A stretch of DNA of 47,700 bases from an uncultured bacterium (GTDB lineage Bacteria; Patescibacteriota; Minisyncoccia; Phycocordibacterales; UBA9973), in the NCBI GenBank assembly GCA_903888625.1, contig CAISUD010000041.1:1-47700 (forward strand). The letters are read 5' to 3'. The notes below the pieces were generated by a model, which did not search any database, was not told where the DNA came from, and saw only the letters and a list, made by a program, of their open reading frames with translations. A program made the translations under genes and the position numbers. This document shows positions 1 to 7,940 of the stretch, in pieces (the stretch's first letter is position 1; each line of letters begins with the position of its first letter).

Positions 1-36
1 GGCTCCGCACTTGGGGTGATGTTCGAATGAGTATTA

Positions 37-561
37 TTATGTGACTTTCAAATCTTTAAGAATTATATTAGCCATTTCTTCTATACTAAGTTTTTCCGAA
101 TCTAGTACTATATTCCCAGTATAAGTATTTTTCTCGTATCTTTTAAGAAGTTTATCCATCGTTTCTTTAGACATCATTGGTTTATTATATTTTTTTGTTC
201 TTTCCAAAATACGCTTTTCTCTTATATTTGTATGAGCTTCAACTCTATAAATAAAAAAATCTATTTTGTGTTTATCAGCAATATTTTTTAAATTTTGCAC
301 TTCTTCAGTCTCCATATTTTGATCCACAATAACACTGATATTATTCTTTAAATATTCATCAGTCATTGCATTTACAACATTACGACTCACTTTATTATGC
401 GAATGAACCTCTCTAAATTCTGAAATAAAACGTTTTATATTATCCGATGCAACGTGAGCAGTATATGAAAGTTGATTTTTTAAAAATTCTGCAAATGTTG
501 TTTTACCAGCACCAGGTGGTCCGATAATAATTATCATAAATAGTTTATTTCTTTTAAGCAT
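37..561 (-). CDS. P-loop NTPase / small kinase-like protein (AAA_33 or zeta-toxin-like fold)
   Basis: 174-aa ORF with an N-terminal Walker A (IIIGPPGAGKTT). The size fits stand-alone P-loop kinases. It lies 7 nt downstream of ORF 569..1054. Confidence 0.6.
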   Translation of the reverse strand: MLKRNKLFMIIIIGPPGAGKTTFAEFLKNQLSYTAHVASDNIKRFISEFREVHSHNKVSRNVVNAMTDEYLKNNISVIVDQNMETEEVQNLKNIADKHKIDFFIYRVEAHTNIREKRILERTKKYNKPMMSKETMDKLLKRYEKNTYTGNIVLDSEKLSIEEMANIILKDLKVT

Positions 562-568
562 AAATTTA

Positions 569-1054
569 TTATACCAGCTCTAACACATTATCAGAAAGAT
601 GGTCTATTCCATTAAATTCTTTAATGATAACTGATTTTATTTTGGTTTTTTTATCTTCACTAATATGAGTTATTGTCATTTCATCTTCTCCGCCAATACT
701 TTCACAGTTGTCTTCAATTAGAAGATCAGGCATAATTCTTTCAGCAACATCTTTATATCCTTCGTCTTGTTTACGATAGACTAACCCTCCTTTGGGAAAG
801 TTAAATTTAGAAAGAATATTTCGAATATCATTAATCTCAACTTGCTCTTTTCTTGAAGTTAGATAAATAACATCAGCTCCTTGAGCTTTCCATTTGTTTA
901 ATTTATCCACTGCATTACCTATAGGTACATAAGAAGAGTAATCTTTAACGGATGACTGTTTGTCTTTTACTTGCTCTATAATTTCCTCTCTGCTATGTCC
1001 TACGGCACTTTTATGCATTAAAATTGTTCCTTCTGTAAAAATTAAGATTTTCAT
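569..1054 (-). CDS. Hypothetical protein, HAD-fold-like but lacking the DxDxT nucleophile motif
   Basis: 161-aa ORF. YLTSR and IEDN resemble HAD motifs II and IV, but motif I reads FTEGT. It is coupled to its neighbours by an ATGA overlap at 1051-1054. Confidence 0.5.
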   Translation of the reverse strand: MKILIFTEGTILMHKSAVGHSREEIIEQVKDKQSSVKDYSSYVPIGNAVDKLNKWKAQGADVIYLTSRKEQVEINDIRNILSKFNFPKGGLVYRKQDEGYKDVAERIMPDLLIEDNCESIGGEDEMTITHISEDKKTKIKSVIIKEFNGIDHLSDNVLELV

Positions 1055-1599
1055 AAAATTATTTCTTTATAAATCTGCTCAATTGTTTTTTCTAGGGTAT
1101 GATTACTTGAATCTATTACTTGCCAGTTTAATGTATCCTTTTTGTCTAAAAATATCTTATGAAGCTCAGCGGTCCTCAATCTAAGTTCCTGATCATCTCC
1201 TCTATTGTCAAAACGAACCAGGAGAGACTCTAACGAAGGCAAAAGTAGAAATGCCTTGAAATCTTTATCTTTAAAATGATCAGAGTATTTTTCTAATAGT
1301 TTTTTACCAACAACGTCATCAATAAATACCGTAAAATTTTTCTCTAAAAAATTATCAGCGATACTACACGCATTTTCTGCAGAGAGAAGAAGTTGAATAT
1401 CTACTTCTTCAGTATGTGGCCATGGTCTTACATAACCACCTTTTATCATATGGCGAAGAGTATCAACCTCAATTACGGCGCTGTGTTCAAATTTACTGGC
1501 TAATGCTTTTGACACTGAAGATTTACCAGACCCTGCTGGGCCAGTGATGAGACAAATAAAAGCTTTTTTCATTTCCATATTATACATCAAAAATATCAC
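1051..1599 (-). CDS. P-loop NTPase / kinase-like protein
   Basis: 182-aa ORF with Walker A LITGPAGSGKSS. Its TGA stop overlaps the ATG of the next ORF. The true start may be an internal Met (MEMKKAF). Confidence 0.6.
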   Translation of the reverse strand: MIFLMYNMEMKKAFICLITGPAGSGKSSVSKALASKFEHSAVIEVDTLRHMIKGGYVRPWPHTEEVDIQLLLSAENACSIADNFLEKNFTVFIDDVVGKKLLEKYSDHFKDKDFKAFLLLPSLESLLVRFDNRGDDQELRLRTAELHKIFLDKKDTLNWQVIDSSNHTLEKTIEQIYKEIIL

Positions 1600-1659
1600 A
1601 AGTTCGAACTTCTACTAACATCCAAAAAATAACCATTATAAAATATAGCTTAAAATTTT

Positions 1660-1674
1660 GCTCCGGGGGTAGGG
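1660..1674. repeat. Distal att-like direct repeat (copy of the tRNA-Asn 3' end)
   Basis: Exact 15-mer shared with 13546-13560. It is a GC-rich string in an AT-rich context. Confidence 0.55.
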
Positions 1675-1812
1675 GTATCTCCCTCGACTAAAATTTTTTC
1701 GTCAAAAAATTTTGTCTGGGCACCAACTCGCCTATTTGCAAGCTTGCAAATTATGGCTCCGTTGTTCGCTCCCTACCCTAAAGCCAAGCAGTTGGCTTTA
1801 TCCCCGGAGCCA
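1660..1812. other. About 150-nt imperfect palindromic, multi-hairpin element whose termini mimic the tRNA-Asn acceptor/T-stem
   Basis: gctccgggg (1660-1668) pairs with ccccggagc (1802-1810), and gggtaggg (1667-1674) pairs with ccctaccc (1771-1778). Internal hairpins are aaaatttttt-cgtc-aaaaaatttt, tttgcaagcttgcaaa and aaagccaa-gcag-ttggcttt. Confidence 0.35.
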
Positions 1813-2039
1813 AAAAAATCAAAAGCCCACTTTTGGTGGACTTAAGATTTTTACTGGCTCGCTTGGAGGCACAAGCTACGAACTATTGATTGGTGTAAGG
1901 TGTTCCCTTTTCCTGGGGTTTCGTTGAGAGAGATTGAGCAATTGCTAGCTTTAGTTTAATAATCCCTCAAACCAAAATAAATATTTTGAACTGAGGGGTT
2001 ATGGGAATAGTTATCAGATAAACTGAGCTATTCCCTGGT

Positions 2040-2405
2040 TTATACTTTGATTAAGCTCAACAGCCTATCCATTACTTGTTGGTCAACAACATATTTATCA
2101 TCTCCAAATAAACTTGATGGAGCTTCATTTGCTGGCCCAATAAATGGGATAATGTGTTGGAAAAGATTAAGATGGACTTGTGCAATCCATTGGTTAGACC
2201 TGTAATACCAATGGTCTATTGGAATGCCATCTTGTATCATTTGGACAACAACAGGGTTAGTGTCCGTCTTGTAACGCTCCTTGAAAACTCTTTCTGCCAC
2301 TTCAATGCAGGATTCTTTAATTGGAATTAGTTTATAGTTTTCCATTTGTCCTATATATATATTGGCATTTGGGTCTCCTTCTCTCATCAGTTGAAAATTA
2401 TTCAT
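2040..2405 (-). CDS. Hypothetical protein
   Basis: 121-aa ORF followed by two hairpins (gggaatag...ctattccc at about 2003-2035, and ccctca...tgaggg). No recognisable motif. Confidence 0.5.
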   Translation of the reverse strand: MNNFQLMREGDPNANIYIGQMENYKLIPIKESCIEVAERVFKERYKTDTNPVVVQMIQDGIPIDHWYYRSNQWIAQVHLNLFQHIIPFIGPANEAPSSLFGDDKYVVDQQVMDRLLSLIKV

Positions 2406-2759
2406 AGTAATTTTTTTAGTTAAACTTTATTTTTGAACTTTCTCAATCACCATAAAGTAACTAAAAGAGTCCAAAAATTAAAGTTGAGATAATATGTCAA
2501 AGACCATATATTTACCTACAATCTACCATTGAAGAATAGAAAAAGCAATGGTTCGTATCCTATTCTGGGTACAGAAAATAACCCATAAAAATGGTGTTTA
2601 AAATTTGCTCCCCGAACGTGAGATTATTATAACCATCTTCTCGGATTATGAGTATATGAATTCGATGTATTCTAAACTTTTGTATATTAAGGAGTTGTGT
2701 AGGGTTTAAGGTTTTTTTATCAAGACAATGCAAAAATGGGAAGTTATTTGAATACATAG

Positions 2760-3602
2760 TTATTTTTTATCAGAATTTGCTAAGTCACCAAACACTTTAG
2801 CTATTTCTCTTTCATCTTCTTTCTCTTCTCTAATATTCTTTAAAAGAAGAACAAGGGCAGTTCTAATTTTTTCTGCTTTTGTTAAACATTCCTCATCAGT
2901 CCAATTATGTAAACCAATGCTTAATGAGTCGTGAAGCAAACCAAGAGTGTTTTGTCCACCACTTTTTAATTTTTCTGGTATTTTGTCTTTTATAATTTCA
3001 ATTTTTTTTGTGGTATTCTTTTCTAATCTTGCTTTTTCAGCCAATTTTTTAATATCACTATCACCACTTTTATAAATTTCATCCAAAATATAATCAATTT
3101 TATCTTCCACGAGTTGCCTATAATAGGCATATGCACCAATTCCAAAAGAAGAACTTTCACAACGAAAACCTTTTCTATAAATTTCAAAATCTTTTTTATC
3201 TAAAAGCTTTATTATTTCAGTTTCATTTAAAATTTGTAATTCAGGATATTGCCCTATCTTCATTATTTTTAATTTTAACTCAACACCATTATAATTTAAT
3301 TGAACAATAATAAAATACTGTTGTTTTATTGAACTGCAACCCTTACATTCATATTCAAGTTGTTTAATAATATTTATTATAAAATGGTCTTTACTCTTAA
3401 ATCTATCAAAAAATCTTTTGTTTTCAATTTCATTAAAGGTAGTTCTGTCTTCACATTTATTACAATAAAGAGATAAAGCTGGCAATCCTTCCTTTTGATC
3501 AAAAAACGCACCAATTGCATAATTTGGTTCGATATAAACTATTCCATTTATATTTTCCCATTTATAAAGTGGAACTTTTTCTAAAAAATCTTTTAAATTC
3601 AT
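2760..3602 (-). CDS. Hypothetical protein with CxxC...CxxC zinc-ribbon and a DUF4145-like helical C-terminus
   Basis: 280-aa ORF. Cys pairs are CNKC and CKGC. The C-terminal GLLHDSLSIGLH segment resembles the conserved DUF4145 helix. It is divergent from the LexA-Dcm gene. Confidence 0.5.
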   Translation of the reverse strand: MNLKDFLEKVPLYKWENINGIVYIEPNYAIGAFFDQKEGLPALSLYCNKCEDRTTFNEIENKRFFDRFKSKDHFIINIIKQLEYECKGCSSIKQQYFIIVQLNYNGVELKLKIMKIGQYPELQILNETEIIKLLDKKDFEIYRKGFRCESSSFGIGAYAYYRQLVEDKIDYILDEIYKSGDSDIKKLAEKARLEKNTTKKIEIIKDKIPEKLKSGGQNTLGLLHDSLSIGLHNWTDEECLTKAEKIRTALVLLLKNIREEKEDEREIAKVFGDLANSDKK

Positions 3603-3639
3603 AACTTGTTATTTACAATCATTTTAAATTTAATAAAAG

Positions 3640-3683
3640 TGTGGATAACCTGCTTTGATTTTCGGTATCTGTTCGGTTATAAT
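3640..3683 (+). promoter_or_regulatory. Promoter P1 of the LexA-Dcm gene with candidate operator repeats
   Basis: TGTGGATAAC at 3640-3649, -35 TTGATT at 3655-3660, a 17-nt spacer, and -10 TATAAT at 3678-3683. The spacer holds two direct repeats, TTCGGTAT and TTCGGTTAT, 11 bp apart. The ATG is at 3715. Confidence 0.55.
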
Positions 3684-3714
3684 ATAAGTGTAGCACAAAT
3701 GAGATTTTAAAGCA

Positions 3715-5292
3715 ATGAAAACTATAACAAAAAAACAAAAACAAGTTCTTGATTTTATAAACACCTATATATTGGAAAACGGTATCTCTCCCACTATTGA
3801 AGAAATACGAAAAAAGCTAAAACTCAAAGCGGTTTCCACTATTCATGAACATATAAATTCTTTAAAAGAAAAAGGATATCTTTCAAAAAGTGAAAATTCA
3901 GCCAGAAGTATTACTTTAGAGAAAGAAATAAAAACAGTTTTAGAAATTCCGATTATGGGGAAAATTAAAGCCGGTGCTCCGATTGAAGCAATTGAAGACT
4001 TTCAGGGAACAATTGCTGTTTCTAATCCTAATATAAAGAATTCAAAAGAATATTATGCCTTGCGTGTTTCTGGCGATAGTATGATAGAAGAAGGTATTTT
4101 TGATGGAGATATTGTAATTATAAAAAAACAATCTGTCGCAGAAAACGGGCAGACAGTAGTAGCTATCATTGACGACAACCAAGCTACTCTAAAAAAATTA
4201 TACAAAGAAAATAACAAATTCAGACTTCAACCTAGAAATCCTAATATGAAACCTCTTTTTAGAACTGATGTAGAAATCAGGGGTGTTGTGATTCAGATCA
4301 TTAGGAATGTATCAAACGAACCAGAAAAAAAGGTTGAGAAAAAAACAAAGCTCCAATTTAGAACTATTGATTTATTTGCAGGAATTGGTGGAATAAGAAT
4401 TGGTTTTGAAAGAGTTGGGTTTAAAACAGTCTTTGCTAACGATTTTGATAAGCAATGTGGAATAACTTATGATTTGAATTTTCCAACATCAAAATTGGTC
4501 ATAGAAGATATTAGAAAAATTGGAATTGATGATTTGCCAAAATTTGATTTTTTGCTTGGCGGTTTCCCTTGTCAGGCTTTTTCTATCGCAGGCTATCAGC
4601 AAGGATTTAAGGACAAGAAAGACAGAGGTAATTTATTTTTTGATATTGCAAAAATAATCGATGTTAGAAAACCAACAGGATTTTTACTTGAAAATGTAAA
4701 AAACTTAAAAAGTCATGATGAGGGTAAAACTTTTAAAGTTATTGAAGAAACATTAAAAAATCTTGGCTATTATGTCAAAATAAAAGTTTTAAATAGTATG
4801 GAGTATGGAAATATTCCACAAAACAGAGAACGTGTTTATATCGTAGGCTTTAAAGATAAAGATTATTATGAAAAATTTGAATTTCCTAATCCGATCAAGC
4901 TTACTAAAAAAATTACTGATTTATTGGAAAAAAATGTGTCTGAAAAATATTATTACAATGGAAAACCATTATATGAAAGATTAAAGAATTTTATAAAAGA
5001 AGAAGGAAAAGTCTATCAGTGGCGTAGACAATATGTTAGAGAAAATAAAAGTGGGGTCTGCCCTACGCTTACAGCAAACATGGGAACTGGAGGACATAAT
5101 GTGCCAATTATTAAAGATAAGAAAGGTATTAGAAAATTAACTCCATTAGAGTGTGCTAGAATTCAAGGCTTTCCAAATGATTTTAAATTCCCTAAAATAG
5201 CTGACTCTGCTTTATACAAGCAAATTGGAAATTCTGTTAGTGTTCCAGTTATTGAAGCTGTTGCAAGACAAATGATGAAAGCAATAGAATAA
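3715..5292 (+). CDS. LexA (wHTH + S24 autopeptidase) fused to a DNA (cytosine-5)-methyltransferase
   Basis: 525 aa in a single frame. The LexA part shows HTH STIHEHINSLKEKGYL, Ala-Gly site KAGAP, Ser nucleophile SGDSM and Lys ATLKKL. The Dcm part shows motifs DLFAGIGG (I), GFPCQAFS (IV), ENVKNL (VI), QNRERVY (VIII) and GNSVSVPV (X). Confidence 0.9.
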   Translation: MKTITKKQKQVLDFINTYILENGISPTIEEIRKKLKLKAVSTIHEHINSLKEKGYLSKSENSARSITLEKEIKTVLEIPIMGKIKAGAPIEAIEDFQGTIAVSNPNIKNSKEYYALRVSGDSMIEEGIFDGDIVIIKKQSVAENGQTVVAIIDDNQATLKKLYKENNKFRLQPRNPNMKPLFRTDVEIRGVVIQIIRNVSNEPEKKVEKKTKLQFRTIDLFAGIGGIRIGFERVGFKTVFANDFDKQCGITYDLNFPTSKLVIEDIRKIGIDDLPKFDFLLGGFPCQAFSIAGYQQGFKDKKDRGNLFFDIAKIIDVRKPTGFLLENVKNLKSHDEGKTFKVIEETLKNLGYYVKIKVLNSMEYGNIPQNRERVYIVGFKDKDYYEKFEFPNPIKLTKKITDLLEKNVSEKYYYNGKPLYERLKNFIKEEGKVYQWRRQYVRENKSGVCPTLTANMGTGGHNVPIIKDKKGIRKLTPLECARIQGFPNDFKFPKIADSALYKQIGNSVSVPVIEAVARQMMKAIE

Positions 5293-5295
5293 TTT

Positions 5296-6198
5296 TTAAA
5301 AAATAAAATCTACTTTAATTTTTTTAATTTGTTTAATTTGTTTTTCTAAATAATCTTTTCCCATATTTTCGTCACGGAGATTTACATGTGATCCATTAAA
5401 GGATGTGCTAATTTTAACAGCCATATCATTTTCTATCCAAAACTTAGCTCTTAATCTTAATTCCAAACGTTTTTTTGATTTGTATATTTTAGTATTACCG
5501 TATTCGTTCGCTATAAAATTATCTAAAAATACAGATTTACCTCTAACGGTAGTTCTTTGTTTATTTACACTAACTTTATTTAATTCATTTATATTTAAAA
5601 CAGCACCTGCAAAATAAAAATTTGTTCCATTTCCTTGTATACTCGGTCTAAGTATAAAAAAATAATATATTTTTTTTATTGGATAAGTTCTTTTTAAAAT
5701 TTCATACTTATCTTTATAAAGTTTTATCCACTTATCTTTAATTTCATCATAGCTATGTGAGGCAAAAAGACTATCTAAATCAATACCTGCATCTGCAAAG
5801 TTTTGACCAAGTGAGGCTTCTCCACTATCCCCATTTAAAACATTACCTGAAGCATTAACTTTCACATTAAGCATTTTTATATCAGCTCCCCAATTTTCAC
5901 GTTCATTATATATATCTATTGGATAAGAACCAGCACCAACAGGCTTGACATCTAAAGCTTGTGTAAACCATTGCTCTATATGTTCCTTTGGTATCTGAAT
6001 TGGCAATGACCTTTGTTCTTTTTTTGATTCGGGTTGAGCAAATAAAGATTTTATTATAAAGTATTTAATTATGTTAACCGCTTTGTCATCTAAAAAATTA
6101 AGTAATTCCTTGTGTTTTAGTGGATTAATTACAAAACTTTTCATACTATTTAATTTGTCCTTCTTTTTTATCATATTTATTCTATGAGTATGACACAA
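5296..6198 (-). CDS. Putative Type II restriction endonuclease partner of the Dcm fusion
   Basis: 300-aa ORF convergent with the MTase, with 3 nt between the stops. PIDIY...GADIKM is a candidate PD-(D/E)xK motif. The call rests mainly on context. Confidence 0.5.
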   Translation of the reverse strand: MCHTHRINMIKKKDKLNSMKSFVINPLKHKELLNFLDDKAVNIIKYFIIKSLFAQPESKKEQRSLPIQIPKEHIEQWFTQALDVKPVGAGSYPIDIYNERENWGADIKMLNVKVNASGNVLNGDSGEASLGQNFADAGIDLDSLFASHSYDEIKDKWIKLYKDKYEILKRTYPIKKIYYFFILRPSIQGNGTNFYFAGAVLNINELNKVSVNKQRTTVRGKSVFLDNFIANEYGNTKIYKSKKRLELRLRAKFWIENDMAVKISTSFNGSHVNLRDENMGKDYLEKQIKQIKKIKVDFIF

Positions 6199-6633
6199 AA
6201 AGAAATCTGAAGCAATTTGATTACTTAATTTAAAAATTTAAAATAGAATAATTTTAAAAATGATAAATATACCAAACTTTTATCTAAAAAAGCTTATTAT
6301 TTCAATATACAATAGACAGACTATTTACATCAATTTTCAATTGTTTTCTTAATATATTTTTCTCGCAAAAAGTCTTTAAAAATGGTATAATTTAGCTAAT
6401 TGGTAATAACTATTGCCAATAATTCTGGTTTTAGGGAGCAGAACTAAAACTAGACCTACGGGATTAAAATCTGCTTAGCAAGACAAATGAAAGTAAAAAA
6501 AATACCACTGTCAAAGCAGAGGTATTGATTCCGACCTTTAGAATTTAAAAATGTACAACAATTATAATTCTTAATATGTTTAAAATCAATACTTGACTGT
6601 AAAAAATTTTTATGGGGATTTTGTCTTAAATAT

Positions 6634-6759
6634 GTGTCAAAATCTAACGATAAAATTACCGTAAACAGATCCGCAATAACAGGAAAATTTGTTTCAGAAA
6701 AATATGCTGATAATCATCCGAAAACAACAGAAAAAGAAAATTATAGGAGAAAGAAATAG
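6634..6759 (+). CDS. Small hypothetical protein (41 aa, GTG start)
   Basis: Translates to VSKSNDKITVNRSAITGKFVSEKYADNHPKTTEKENYRRKK. A strong terminator hairpin follows immediately. There is no clear RBS and the ORF is below the ORF-track cutoff. Confidence 0.3.
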   Translation: MSKSNDKITVNRSAITGKFVSEKYADNHPKTTEKENYRRKK

Positions 6760-6762
6760 TTA

Positions 6763-6795
6763 ATCAAAAACCCTTACTCTGCGAGGGTTTTTGAT
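6763..6795 (+). terminator. Rho-independent terminator
   Basis: atcaaaaaccct / agggtttttgat form a 12-bp stem with a 9-nt loop and a T-rich tail. Confidence 0.6.
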
Positions 6796-7065
6796 TCTTA
6801 GCCATAATACTCAGCGATTGTTTGCGAATATACTGCGATTTCCACAGCGTAAACACCGAACCATACTGAAATGTGTGAAAACGCAAAGTACTCGCAAGAC
6901 AAATGATATTAACAATGTTTAAATCGCTTTAACTTCCCTATTAACAATATCAATCTGAAAATCAATATAATCCTTCATACAAAAAAACAAAACTTGATAT
7001 CAGGGTGTTTTGAAGGTTTTAACAGGTTATTTAAAATCTTGTGTTTTCTTGTGTTTTTTATATAT

Positions 7066-7460
7066 AAAAATTGTAACCTTTTTGTAACCTTTAGCGATAG
7101 TAAAACCTTATAGTTTTTTTATGTTTTAAATCTGCCGAAATCTTATCTTTTCTTACCTTCTTTAATAGCAACATCTTAATGATTTCTCAATGCTCTACCT
7201 TAAATTATCTTAAGTTTTATATCTACCGAAATCTTATCCTTTCTTAATAGTTTACCTTAATGCTATACCCTAAGTTTTAGTATTCTAAAAATTATAGGTT
7301 TTAATACTACGAAATTGTAACCTTTTTGTAACTTTTATGTGTATTAAAACCTTAACCTTTTCTTAACCTTTGGCTAATTAAATTTTTAGGTTTTTTTAGG
7401 TTTTAGTATTTTAAAAATTCTAAGTTTTTCTAAGTTTTGATTATATAAATACCTTTAGTT
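7066..7460. repeat. Iteron-like direct-repeat cluster (putative replication origin or partition site of the element)
   Basis: TTGTAACCTTT occurs in tandem at 7071-7092. The 21-mer aaattgtaacctttttgtaac is repeated at 7068-7088 and 7312-7332. ctRccgaaatcttatcYtttctta occurs at 7132 and 7222. tta/aggttttagtattYtaaaaatt occurs at about 7270 and 7398. No ORF is present. Confidence 0.5.
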
Positions 7461-7498
7461 TTATTTAGTTTTAGTTATTTAAAAAATCTCAAAATCAA

Positions 7499-7936
7499 TT
7501 AGTTATTCATATATTGGTCTCGAAGTAAATTAAACTGGTCACAACTAAAATTTGATAGTGATTTATTAGTAGATCTATAATCTAAACAATTTTGAACATC
7601 ATTACCTGTAAATTTATCAAAAATCACAGAACCTGTTTCTCCGTCATAAATGTAATCGTATCCTGCATAAACCTCACCACCATGAGATGATGTTATCTCG
7701 ACAAAACATTTTTTTAAACTAATATTATAGTGTGTAAAAGAATGAAAAATTGTATCAGAACCATATGTATTTTTTTCTTCAATTGTTTTCCCCCAATTAT
7801 GACAATTGTCTTGAAGTTGCATTAAATCCTTTTGCTTAGCTAAAGAACTTAGTTTTGAATTTTGCCCAACAAAATAGGCACCTGCTATTGCAACGATTCC
7901 AACAACTATAATTGTAATCAATGTATATTTTTTCAT
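7499..7936 (-). CDS. Membrane-anchored or secreted hypothetical protein
   Basis: 145 aa with an N-terminal hydrophobic segment (LITIIVVGIVAIAGAYFV) and several Cys. Confidence 0.6.
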   Translation of the reverse strand: MKKYTLITIIVVGIVAIAGAYFVGQNSKLSSLAKQKDLMQLQDNCHNWGKTIEEKNTYGSDTIFHSFTHYNISLKKCFVEITSSHGGEVYAGYDYIYDGETGSVIFDKFTGNDVQNCLDYRSTNKSLSNFSCDQFNLLRDQYMNN

Positions 7937-7940
7937 AAAA

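Noticed and set aside
1660-1812. tmRNA or an intron-containing tRNA on the plus strand (GGGG...TCGAC near the 5' end and CCCCGGAGCCA at the 3' end).
   Set aside because: There is no D arm or T arm, no tag-peptide reading frame with a stop, and the length is far too short for tmRNA. The termini are explained as copies of the tRNA-Asn 3' end.
3640-3648. TGTGGATAA equals the DnaA-box consensus (TTATCCACA). It occurs at 3640, 17652, 22794 and 47559, which might indicate a replication origin.
   Set aside because: The boxes are dispersed over 44 kb rather than clustered. No dnaA or dnaN gene or AT-rich unwinding element is adjacent. Three of the four boxes sit at a fixed distance from promoter hexamers. 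A promoter or operator role is the better reading, and oriC is not supported.
6438-6462. The gttttag...ctaaaac hairpin is reminiscent of Cas9 repeat/tracrRNA strings.
   Set aside because: It is a single hairpin with no repeat-spacer periodicity and no cas genes.
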